Shown here: piece by piece, positions 1 through 10,817 of the stretch | Layout of the letters: each line of letters starts with the position of its first letter | How positions within the stretch are numbered: the stretch's first letter is position 1 | Assembly (NCBI GenBank): GCA_963514005.1 | Contig: OY740790.1 | Span: forward strand, 4,340,001 to 4,404,000 | Length of the DNA: 64,000 nt | Source: Raja brachyura | Taxonomy: Eukaryota | Direction of reading: 5' to 3' | The notes under the pieces: generated by a model | Database searches by the model: none | Seen by the model: only the letters and a program-made list of their open reading frames with translations | Told to the model about the DNA's origin: nothing | Position numbers and translations under genes: made by a program

Positions 1-692
1 AGCAATGGCAACTCCATCCCGCCACACTTGTTCATTCTTATATGCAGGCTGTTTGTAATCTGGGGAGCGTTGTCTTTCTTCAACACTCTTCATTCCCCGT
101 CTGCATCAAGCAAACTTCCATTCTGGTCCCCAAGAAGAGTAACGCAAGTCACCAGGCGCAGCGGGAGAGTCCCTGCCTCACAGCGCCAGATTCCATCCTG
201 ACTACGGGTGCTGTCTGTGCGGAGTTTGCACGTTCACCGCGTGGGTTTTCAGGTGTTCCTGTGTCCTCCCGCATGCCAAAGACATGCAGGCTTGTAGGTT
301 AATTGGCTTTGGTACAAACTTGTCCCCAGTGTGTGTAGGATAGTGTTAGTGCGTGGGGATCGCAGGTCGGCACAGGCTCGGTGGGCTGAAGGGCCTGTTT
401 CCGCTGTGTTTCTGAAACGAATCTGACTATTCCCCTCTGCCTCTACCATTGACCACATTGAAGTGTTTGGAAAGATTAGTTAGGAGCACTCTTCCTGACA
501 TTCTTGATGCCTCGACACAGGAGAAGCCAGCCTGCCGAGGGTTTGTTTGGCGCTGGGCCTGTACTCGCTGCAGTTTAGAAGAAAGAGGGGGGATCTCTAA
601 AACTTACTGAATAGTGAAAGGCCTGGATAGAGTGGATGTGGAGAGGATGTTTCCACTAGTGGGAGAGTCTAGGACTAGAGGTCATAGCCTAA

Positions 693-1176
693 AGCAGCTG
701 TCCCGCATGGGCCACCTAATTGGCGAGTTTAGAAGAGTTTGAGACAATGACATGTTGAAGACCTCCTTCAACCTCCTTCAACTATGTTGAAGACTAGCTT
801 CGACTAGTTACGACTAACTACGGGGAAACTGGACACCAAATAGTGAAGAGTGAAGACGATCTCCTTCGACCTCCCTTCGCCTATGATGAAGACTATCTAT
901 GACTGCCTTCGACTACCCTCGATTACCTAGAACTAACCTGCCAACCTACTACGACCTACTATGACTAAACCTACGACTAAATCCATGGCGACCTTTTTTT
1001 ACTCGCGGGCATTTTTTAACATTGAGAAAAACGCCGCGACCTTGCGGAGACCACTCTCGAGCACGAAGGAGAGTTATGAAAACCTCCTACGACCTCGTAT
1101 CGACCATGCTGCAAGTATGAGTCGAGGGCAAACTCGCCAGAACTCGTGGATTAGTTCACCCAAGTGGGACAGCCCT
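693..1176. mobile_element. PIF/Harbinger-like MITE inserted in CR1
   Basis: Degenerate ends agcagctgtccc / gggacagccct; internal CGACTA/TTCGAC motif repeats; splits a CR1 3' end. Confidence 0.65.
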
Positions 1177-1388
1177 AGAAATAAGGGATGTTCTTTTAGG
1201 ACGTAGATGAGGAGACATTTATTTAGTCAGCGGGTGGTGACTCTGGAATTCTTTGCCACAGAAGGCTGTGGATGCCAAGTCAGTGGATATATTTAAGACA
1301 GTGATAGATAGATTCTTGATTAGTATGGGTGTCGGAGATTATGGGGAGAAGGCAGGAGATTGGGGTTAGGAGGGAGAGATAGATCAGC

Positions 1389-2226
1389 GGTTACACAAAA
1401 GCTGGAAAAACTCAGCGGGTGCAGCAGCATCTAAAGAGCGAAGGAGATAGGCGACGTTTCGGGTCGAGACCCTTCTTCAGACTGGTCAGGGATCAGGGAA
1501 ACGAGAGATATTGAAGAAACGAGTCTGAAGAAGGGTCTCGACCTGAAACGTCGCCTATCTCCTTCGCTCCTTAGATGCTGCTGCACCCTCCAGTTTCTCC
1601 AGCTTTTTGTGTAACAAACGAGAGATATAGACGGTGATGTGGAGAGATAAAGAACAATGAATGAAAGATATGCAAAAAAGTATCGATGATAAAGGAAACA
1701 GGCCATTGTAAGCTGTTTGTAGTGTGGAAATGAGAAGCTAGTGCGACTTGGGTGGGGGAGAGATAGAGAGAGAAGGAATGCCAGGGCCCAAGGGCTGAGG
1801 GAGAGGTGGGAAGGGGAGGAGGCAGCCAGGGTTAACAGAATCGAGAAAATTCAATGTTTAAGCCCAGAGGATGCAGACTCCCCAAGCGGAATATGAGGTG
1901 CTGTTCCTCTAACTTGCGGTGTTGCTCACTCTGGCCGTGGAGGAGGCCCAGGACCGAGAGGTCGGATACGGAGTGGGAGGGGGAGTTGAAGTGCTGAGCC
2001 ACCGGGAGGTTGGGTTGGTTATTGCGGACCGAGCGGAGGTGTTCGGCGAAACGATCGCCCAGTCTCCGCTTGGTCTCACCGATGTAGATCAGCTGGCATC
2101 TGGAGCAACGGATGCAGTAGATGAGGTTGGAGGAGGTGCAGGTGAACCTCTGTCGGACTTGGAATGACTGCTTGGGTCCCTGAAAGGATTGGATGGGGGA
2201 GGTGAAGGGACAAGTGTAGCATCTAT
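1389..2226 (-). mobile_element. 5'-truncated Penelope-like element inserted in a CR1 3' end, with a nested opposite-strand hammerhead-bearing copy (1512-1615)
   Basis: GIY-YIG coding remnant; TSD agagatagatcagc 1375-1388 / 2227-2240; nested insert TSD aaacgagagatat 1499-1511 / 1616-1628. Confidence 0.88.
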
Positions 2227-2859
2227 AGAGATAGATCAGCCATGATGACTTGATGATTGAACGACAGAGTAGACTTGATGGGCCAAATGGCCTAATTCTA
2301 CTCCCAACTTATGACACTGCAGTCAGCTCTGAATCACGTTGACATTAAGATTCACCTGCAAATGCTCCTGGACTTCCTGACCGGCAGGCCTTGGTTGGAA
2401 TGTGTAGAAAGGAACTGTGGATGCTGGATTATACCGGAGATGGTATTAAAGCATGGAATAGTCTCCACCAAGCCACGGTTGCCCAGCCAGATACAACTAA
2501 ATTTAAAGTGGCACTTTCTTCCCAATAACCCTCTCTGGCTAAACCCCTCCCTTCGGAACCCTTTGTCACTCCGAAGGTGGAAGGGGGCATTGAGCTCATA
2601 TTGGCCCTCTTCCCCCACCAACAATGGGCCATTGTGGGCTCCACTCTTCCTTGGTCATCGGGTGCCGGCCCTGGTTTGTCCTGGCCTTTTTGCTACACTC
2701 TGTCTCTTGTTCTACGCGCTGTGTGACATGACTGTCCAAGTGCCATAGACATACCAGCACTATGTTTAAATTGGCCGATGACTCCACTGTCCACCATGGC
2801 CCTGATCAACAACAGGGAGATAAAATGGATGGGTAAGAGAATGAGAAGCACCCAGTTTA

Positions 2860-3450
2860 GTTTAGTTTAGTGTCACATGTACCAAGGTACAGCGAAAAGC
2901 CTTTGTTGCGTGCTAACCAGTCAGCGGAAAATGATTACAATGGAGCCATTCACAGTGCACCGATACATGATAAGGGAATAACAGTTAATACAAGGTAAAG
3001 CCAGCAAAGACCGATCAAGGGTCATCAATGAGGTAGATGGTAGTTCAGGACTGCTCTCTAGTTGGTGGTAGGATGATTCAGTTGCCTGATAACAGCTGGG
3101 AAGAAACTGTCCCTGAATCTGTAGGTGCATTTTCACACTTCTGTACCTTTTGCCTGATGGGAGAGGGGTGAAGAGAGAGCGGCCAGGGTGCGACTGGTCC
3201 TTGATGATGCTGCTGGCAGCGTGAGGTATAAATGGAGTCAATGGAAGGGAGGTTGGTTTGTGTGATGATCTGGGCTGCGTCCATAATTCTCTGCAATTTC
3301 TTGGTGGAGCTGTTCCCAAACCAAGGTTGTGATGCATCCCGATAAAATGCTTTCCATGGTGCATCTGTAGGAGTTGGCGGGGACATGCCGATCTTCCTAA
3401 GCCTTATGAGGAAGTAGATGCGTTGGTGTGCTTTCTTGGTCGTTGCTTCA
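2860..3450 (-). mobile_element. Rex1/Babar-type LINE 3' end
   Basis: IIKDQSHPG.SLF..LPSGKRYRS; (aaact)n tail. Confidence 0.8.
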
Positions 3451-4740
3451 GCGTGAGTGGTCCAGGAGCAGCCCTTAACAGCAGCAAGATGAAAGAGTTA
3501 GTTGTCCACCCTCTGAACATGTGGTGTGGTGAACACAGCCCAGTTAACCTGTGCGGTGTGTGGGCTGAGGCCGTTTGGATGGCATTGCCAATGGGACGAG
3601 CTGCCAGAGGAGGTAGTTGAGACATGCAACGACATGTACAGAGCATTTGGACAGGTACGTGGATAGGATAGCTTTAGAGGGACATGGAATTGATCAATTG
3701 TAATCACGTGCGGTCTTCCCGCTGACTTTTCCCTGTACCTCGGTACACGTGACAATAAACTGAACTGGAAGTGAAAGAGCAGGCAGTTGGACCTCGCGTA
3801 GATGGGGCATCTTGCTGGGGAGCGGGCAAGGTGGTCTTGAGGGCTGTTTCCATGCTGTATGACCCTGTGATTCTTTGACGTCAATGACACCACTGCCACC
3901 TTTTTATTGGGTTCCAACTTGCTTTGCACCTGACCTAGATATATATTTACCAAAAATAGGTTTTGAGTTTACCATGTATACAAAGCCTCTGGCACTACTC
4001 TGTGGCACCTTTGCTTTAGCTTGGGCATTGTTAATGAAGAACACTAATATTTATACCTTTTTATAGTGTTGTCACTGTAAACCAAGAATAAGCATACAGT
4101 ATCAACAAGACTACGCCCTTGTAGAAGGGGCATTGTGAAAGGCACTGGTTGGGCATGAATTGAAGTTTTGCATACATTAAATGGCAGATAAATGGAAAGT
4201 ATTTAATGATTCTGTACAGCCTTACAGGCCGAGCCAACCCATGGACTGTTGAGTTTTTTTAGTTCAGAGACACAGTGTGGAAACAGGCCCTTCGGACCAC
4301 CGAGTCCCCGCTCACCTACACTATCCTACACACAGTGGGGACAGTTTACATTTATACCAAACCAATTCGTCTACAAATCTGTGGAGCGTGGGAGGAAACC
4401 GAAGATATCGGAGAAAACCCACGCAGGTCATGGGGGGAGCGTGCAAACTCCGTACAGACAGCACCCGTGGTCGGGATCGAACCAGGACCTCTGGCGTGCA
4501 AGCGCTGCAAGGCAGTAACTCCACTGCTGGGCCACCGTGCCGCCCTAAGAGGTTGTAAGATGCTTCTGCTACACACCAATTAATGTTTTTAATGTCCTAC
4601 TAAAGTGTAGTGAACCTTATACACCCAGTCATGGACTTACAGTGTGGAAACAGGAAGGCTGGCCTAACGTGCCCACACTGGCCAACACGTCCCATCTACA
4701 CTACTCCCACCTGCCTGCATTTGGCCCAAATCCCTCTGAA

Positions 4741-5130
4741 AGGGGGGAATCTTATAGAAACTTACAAAATTCTTAAGGGGTTGGACAGGCTAGATGCAGG
4801 AAGATTGTTCCCGGTGTTAGGGAGGTCCAGGACAAGGGGTCACAGTTTAAGGATAAGGGGCAAGTCTTTTAGGACCAAGATGAGAAAATCATTTTTCACG
4901 CAGAGAATGGTGAATCTGTGGAATTCTCTGCCACAGAAGGTAGTTGAGGCCAGTTCATTGGCTATATTTAAGAGGGAGTTAGATGTGGCCCTTGTGGGAT
5001 CAGGGGGTACGGGGAGAAGGCAGGTACAGGATTCTGAGTTGGATGATCAGCCATGATCATATTGAATGGCGGTGCAGGCTCGAAGGGCCGAATGGCCTAC
5101 TCCTGCACCTAGTTTCTATGTTTCTATGTT
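4741..5130 (+). mobile_element. CR1-clade LINE (HER1-like) 3' end
   Basis: LIETYKILKG...TRGHSL..FFTQRMVNLWNSLP; ttctatg-type tail. Confidence 0.9.
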
Positions 5131-5377
5131 CCTAAACCTATCCTATCCATGTACCTGCCTAAATGTTTATTGAACATTTTGATTGTACCTGTCTCAACTA
5201 TCTTCACCTTCCGTACACCTCCCGCCCTTTGCGTCAGAAAAAGACCCCTTTTCAACCCTCACATTAGACCTATGCCCTCTGGTCATCGATTCCCCTATTT
5301 TGAGCTCCTCTATAAGATCACCTATTATCCTCCTGTGCTCCATGGAATAGAGTCCCGGCCACTCCTAGGGTCCCAGG

Positions 5378-6511
5378 CAGGCACGTGCCGTGAGTAATTA
5401 CTCAGGGAAGGCACTAAGTCCGCTTTAAAAAAAAAATTAAACCGCGCATGCGCAGATTGTTCTCTCCGTTAAATTAATTAATTAATTAATTAATTAATTA
5501 AAACAGTGACATTTCAATTTGCCCAAGGCTTCCTAATCCTAGACCAATTGGGGGAACAGTTCCTTTCACAGCGTGTGGAGAGTCTGTGCCAGGGGTAAAG
5601 TTTTGGGGAGGGCACGAGTATTGTGAAGGAGGGTGTCGGGGATACTGCCACTAACTCACTCACCGCTACCGCAGCTCTCCGGGCGCGAAGCCACACACTG
5701 TAGCTGGGGATAGAAGCAGCTTGGGGAGCTACGAGCGGCCACCGGGACCCGACAGCAGAACTGGCCGCCACTTCAGCGTCTTCTGCCGGCCCGCTCACCT
5801 TTGGCAGTGCTCGCCATCGGAACACCTGTCACCTACCATTCGCCAACTTCGCTCATGTCAGCGGCTTCCTGCAAATCCTTAAATTCCCACAGCCGAGTAA
5901 CCTCAATCGCGCTGTCAGAGTTTAAGGGCATGAGTGAGGCCAGCGAGCGGCAGGAGAGAGGTTTTTAGACGGAGAGCTGCCAGAGGTGAGCGGGGACCGG
6001 CAGAAGGAGCTAAGGTGGCGGCTGGTTCCGCTGTCCGGCCCGGCGGCCGCTCAGCCACCCGAGCTAGTTCTCTCTTTCTCCCCCCCGGCCTCAATGCGGT
6101 GGCATTCCACACCTCCGTGCAAGGAGCATCGCAAGTGGATGCTCCTGTCCCCTCGTTCATAACATTCGTGCCCTCCCCGCAACTTTACCCCGGGCCAGAC
6201 TCCCCAAACGTTGTGAAAGGAGCTCTCCCCCACCCCCACACCCCGGGAAATACGGTATTAAAAAAAATCACAAAATGTACTTACCACATCATTGGTACAC
6301 AACAAACCATGGTTGAAAACCCCGCCAAGAAACTTGCGCTGCGCATGCGCAGTAGACTGATATGCATGCGCAGTGCTGTAAAGGCAGAATTTCTGCTGCC
6401 TTCAGCCCCGATTGAAAGTGACGGCTTCAGGCAGCGCTGACCTTCCCGTGTCACAAGCGCTGCAGATGAAAGGCAGGTGCCTACCTTGCCTACCCTGTTG
6501 GCACGTGCCTG
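5378..6511. mobile_element. Non-autonomous hAT-type DNA transposon, CpG-rich
   Basis: 12-bp TIR CAGGCACGTGCC; 8-bp TSD gtcccagg 5370-5377 / gtccaagg 6512-6519; internal ~70-bp inverted repeats (5561-5631 vs ~6153-6221). Confidence 0.82.
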
Positions 6512-7859
6512 GTCCAAGGCCCTCGGCCTGCCAAGGCCTGCTGGATCTCCCGGTCATTAACCATTTCAACTCCCCTTCCCATTCCCACACTGACCTTTAT
6601 GTCCTGGGCCTCCTGCATTGCCAGAGAGAGGCCACACACACACTGGAGGTACAGTACTTCGTATTCCTCTGGGTTAGCTTACAACCCAACAGAATGAACG
6701 TTGAATTTTCCAATTTTAGGTAACCTCGCTCTCCCTGGGTTACGATCTCTTTGTGACCTCAAGGCGTACAGGTTTGTGGGTAAAAAAATGTAAAATTGTC
6801 CCTAGTGTGTAGGATGGTGTTGGTGTGCGGGTTGGTCGGGGCTGACTTGGTGGGCTGAAAGGCCTGATTCCATGCTGGATCTCCAAAGACTTTCATAACA
6901 ACCCCCCCCCTCCCCCCACCACAGACTTTCTTCCCTATTGCCCCCCCCCACCCCCCCCACCCCCTGCCCTCCTCCCACCAGCTTTACAATTAGCAACCTT
7001 TTTAATCTGTGTCCCATATTGTTGGCCTTTGTTCCAACCAGCTACCTATCCAAACCCCTCCACCACCAGTATCCAGCTATCCTGCCTCTCCCCTTTTCCA
7101 AATCTCTCCATTCCCCCTCCCTCTCCCCCCCTTACAACCAGTCTGAAGTAGGGGCTCGACCCAAAATGTCACCTATCCATAGACGCAAAAAGCTGGAGCA
7201 ACTCAGCGGGTCAGGTAGCATCTCAGAAGAGAAGGAGTAGGTGACGTTTTGGGCCAGATCCCTTCAGACTGAAGAAGTTTCTCGACCTGAAACGCCACCT
7301 GTTCCTTCTCTCCAGAGATGCTGCCTGACCCGCTGAGTTACTCCAGCACTTTGTGTCCATTTTAATTATAAAATTAGTATTTTTCCCTGTTGCTTTCTCT
7401 TCGCCCCCTCCCTGGTGGTTTTAGCTTCCTTGCTTGGGAATGGTTCTGTGTGAGCTGGAACCTAGATAGTTCCTATCTATTGTTGCCATGGATTTCAATT
7501 GCATCAGCGTATCCCTTGGATCAGTTGCACCAAAGTGGAATTTGCAGTCAAATACATAGGATCCAGAAACACAGTACATGTGCATATAACTGAATAAGGT
7601 CATAAGTAATAGGAGCAGAATTAGGCCATTCGGCCCATCAGGTCTACTCCACCATTCAATCATCGCTGATCTAACTCTCCCTCCTAACCCCATTCTCCTG
7701 CCTTCTCCCCATAACCCCTGACGCCTCTACTATCTCAGCCTTAAAAATATCCATTGACTTGGCCTCCACAGCCTTCTGTGGCAAGGAATTCCACAGATTC
7801 ACCGCCCTCTGACTAAAGTTAAACCTGGAATGGAATCGTGGTACAACAGCTAATCTGAT

Positions 7860-8002
7860 GGGGGTGGAAGATTGCAGCCTTCACGTGGTCCGCCCAGTTT
7901 CGACGAATGCAATCAGCCCGGCGTGCAGAATCAAATAAGATCAAATAGAACACGTTGTCCGACAACTTTAGGCTGTGCACGCCGTACACAAGAAGAAGAA
8001 GA
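7860..8002 (+). mobile_element. Short non-autonomous retroposon with a 5' HDV-like ribozyme and (AAG)n tail (Ingi/Vingi-like partner)
   Basis: TSD agctaatctgat 7848-7859 / agttaatctaat 8003-8014 (10/12); (AAG)n tail; 5' end folds as an HDV-like double pseudoknot. Confidence 0.7.
7861..7914 (+). ncRNA. Minimal HDV-like self-cleaving ribozyme motif
   Basis: P1 GGGGUGG/CCGCCC(A), P2 GAUUGCA/UGCAAUC perfect 7 bp, P3 GCC/GGU, L3 UUCACGU, P1.1 C7882-G7897, reduced P4 (UUCG), J4/2 C7904-GAA, all in canonical HDV order. Confidence 0.72.
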
Positions 8003-8514
8003 AGTTAATCTAATCCAGCAAAGGTTTAATGCTTTTACAGGAGTCTAGTAGCATTTTAGTGTAAGCCCTTCGGCCCACCAAGTCCATGCAGAACATCGAT
8101 CACCTGTTCACGCTAGTTTCTGTTATCTCCCTCTCTGCCACTCCCTAGACACTAGGGGCATTTTTACAGCAGCCATGTCTTTTTGCAATGTGGAAGGAAA
8201 CCCAGGCGGTCACGGGGAGAACGTGCAAACTCCACGTACACATACAGCACTCGACGTCAGAATCGAACCCGGGGTATCTGGTGCTGTGAGGCAGCAGCTC
8301 TACCAGCTGTGCCACTGTGTGTCACCTGTAAGAATTGTGCCAGGTAGGAATGGTTTAGAGGGACAGGAGCTAAACATGGGTAGATGGGCCCATCTTGGTC
8401 AGCATGGCCTATTTGTGTGCCGTATGATTCTGACTACATCATTGAACCTTGAATTGACATCTAACCTGCTGTGAGGGATATTATTTTGCACTCTGACCTG
8501 TTTCTAACTATTTG

Positions 8515-9666
8515 CTAGTTCCTCCTTGTGTTCTTTGCCCTTGCCTTGGTCTTCTCCTGCCCCTTGGAGTTGCTTGGTTTCTCCGTGAGCGGAACCTCGT
8601 TTATCTTCACCATCTCGGTTATTTGTTCGTCGCGGGGTGACGGGGAATAAGGAGTTTTCCACTCGTCCGTGCCCGGCATGTTGAGATGTCTCACCACCAT
8701 CTTTGGCCTGGTTTTCTGTGGTTGGGGGGGGTACATTGACCCCCAGGGCAGTGCGGGCAGGTTGAAGAGATTGGCGTAGGGTTGATATGGAGAGGCGAAC
8801 GCCATCCCGTTGATGGCGGGCAGTGATGCTTGCGCAAACTTGTACAACTTCGCACTTTCCGGCCTAAAACGTTGCCTCTGTTGCTCGAAGTGAGGGGCGA
8901 CGTCAATGTAGGAAGGGTTGACGCCGGTGATGGTGGCGATCTGGTGGGCGTTGGCCAGGTCGGCAGAAGCTCTCTCGGGCAAGACGGGGTTATAAAGTGC
9001 GGTCCAGGGCACGCCGTTCACAAACCTGTGAAGGATGGCCAGCCATGTCCCGTTACTGATGGGATTAATGGTCACCCTGGGCCACAGCGCCGCCAACGTG
9101 CGGAGAGCCTCAGTGTTCCAGCCCGATTCGTAATGGCGGTCGCCGATATGGTAGAGCGCGGAAAAGTAGACGTCTAACCTCGTGCTCGGGTAGTTCAGTA
9201 AGAAATCGTGCATTTTCCCAATGCAGCCATGGGCTCGCTCGTTGCACGGGGTGTAATTGGAATATAGGCTGATGTACGCAATGTCTTCATAGGTGTACAT
9301 GAGTGCGTCCAGATAGCCCTCCATATCGAAGAACATTGCCTCTGGGTGTAGCTGGTACAAAGCACAGTTGGATACTTGCCCCTTCTGCACCAACGTGCCT
9401 GATGATAACTTTAGTTCATAAAAAACTAGATGACTCCCACGCTGTGGCTGAGCGTAGGGAAAGCCGAAGGTTTCATAAAATTCCATGTAGGATACGCGGG
9501 CCTCGTCTCCGGTTTTGATGTGATACGGGCACTTGGCACAACTTTCAGTGAAGTGCAGCCAGTAATATGGCTTCACCAGTGTGCCTTGTGGAGCTGTATA
9601 CTCCTCATATGTCAACGCCATACTGGATGCGTCATCTCCTCGCTTCCATGAGGGTGGAGCATCCAT
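8515..9666 (-). CDS. APOBEC4: APOBEC4, AID/APOBEC-family zinc-dependent deaminase-like protein (whole CDS in one exon; likely start at the second ATG, 9621, giving 368 aa)
   Basis: 383-aa ORF with YEEY..GTLVKPYYWL, CAKCPYHIKTG, HPEAM (HxE), LYSNYTPCNERAHGC (PCx6C, typical of APOBEC4), LAALWPRV and C-terminal VVRHLNMP, all matching vertebrate APOBEC4 as I recall it. ATG 9621 has strong Kozak context (agtATGG) and aligns with the mammalian start. Confidence 0.97.
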   Translation of the reverse strand: MDAPPSWKRGDDASSMALTYEEYTAPQGTLVKPYYWLHFTESCAKCPYHIKTGDEARVSYMEFYETFGFPYAQPQRGSHLVFYELKLSSGTLVQKGQVSNCALYQLHPEAMFFDMEGYLDALMYTYEDIAYISLYSNYTPCNERAHGCIGKMHDFLLNYPSTRLDVYFSALYHIGDRHYESGWNTEALRTLAALWPRVTINPISNGTWLAILHRFVNGVPWTALYNPVLPERASADLANAHQIATITGVNPSYIDVAPHFEQQRQRFRPESAKLYKFAQASLPAINGMAFASPYQPYANLFNLPALPWGSMYPPQPQKTRPKMVVRHLNMPGTDEWKTPYSPSPRDEQITEMVKINEVPLTEKPSNSKGQEKTKARAKNTRRN

Positions 9667-9745
9667 GCAGCATTCTGGAGCTCATAGCCATCACTCAAAC
9701 CTCTGTGCATTTGAACGATTGCATTAAGCCAAATGGAAGGGATAT

Positions 9746-9765
9746 CTGAAATGCAAAAGTCAAAA
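9746..9765 (-). other. APOBEC4: Splice acceptor of the APOBEC4 coding exon (exon begins at 9745)
   Basis: Minus strand reads ttttgacttttgcatttcAG|atatcc, 79 nt upstream of the first ATG; in-frame TGA upstream of the ATG. Confidence 0.75.
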
Positions 9766-9792
9766 TGGTGGGATTGCAGAATAGATAATCAA

Positions 9793-10817
9793 TAGCAATG
9801 TTACAAAATTTTGAGATTAAAAAAATCAAGTCTGCAATTTATCCCATCAGATAAAGCATAAAAAGAAGTTTAATTTGACACCTAATTCACTTTCATATCT
9901 TCAGTATTAAGAAAGTTATGGCCATTTTCATACTCGGAAATTAGCATCTTGTTCCCCATTGCCTTTCAATTGACTTAACTCAAAAGCTGTGATCTAGAAC
10001 AGTCAAAAGCCCATAACTTTCTTAAAAATTAAGAGAACTCAATGCAATTTTCAGTTATTATAGATTGAAGCATTCTGAAACAAATATGAAACAATCTTAC
10101 TTGGATGGCCTGAAATTAAAGCATATAATTAGTTAGTTATCTAATTGTAGCTAATTACAAAATTCAATGAGTAGATCTAAACATCTATCCATTTCTTAAG
10201 AAAAGATAAACTTTTTTTAAATTGCCTAAGTGTCCAAATAACATTCACACAATAATCCACAATATAACATAATTTTTAAATCTCATTTTCATGAATTTAT
10301 AGGCCAAATGGAGGGTTTAATGCCTGTAAATTAATGGCCATTTAAATCAACTAGCGAGTGGCTTTTAGTGGAATGCGGTGGATTTGAACGTTGCGGTTTG
10401 CGGTGAAGTCGGTATGAAATACACTGCCGGTTCATACATTTTTTTTGTCCCCTTTTCGCAACATGAAAATGTGATTAAAGCCTCCCTAAAAACCAAGTTT
10501 TAATGTAAAAATAAACTGTGTAGCTTCTTTTATCGCCTACCTTAGGTCCGTTCCGCTGTCACCGTTCAGAGCTTTAGAAGATGATTTTTAAACTACGCTA
10601 GTTAATAAATAATCTAGCGTAGTTTAAAAATACCTTTATGAATGAAATGTCGGAGCGATTTCTCGTTAGCGCCGAAATCGCCCGACATTAATCGACTTAC
10701 ACTGCCTAGAAAAAATCGGCATTTTAAACCCGCCCCCCTCTGAAAGGCGCCAAAGTCGCGCACACGGGGAGCGGCAGAACTGCAGCGCTGCTCAAGGTAG
10801 GTATTGTAACATACCTA
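9793..10817. mobile_element. Non-autonomous DNA transposon, TAG...CTA termini, 7-bp TSD (superfamily unassigned)
   Basis: Ends TAGCAATGTTACAAAA / TATTGTAACATACCTA; flanks taatcaa / caatcaa; highly similar to 51115-52125. Confidence 0.85.

Noticed and set aside
5934-6440. 168-aa ORF in a GC-rich region
   Set aside because: Lies inside a TIR/TSD-bounded non-autonomous element; no recognisable domain; GC-rich sequence is poor in stops.
8025-8030. ATTAAA (minus strand) as the APOBEC4 polyadenylation signal
   Set aside because: Plausible but only a variant hexamer among repeats; cannot be supported without 3'-end data.
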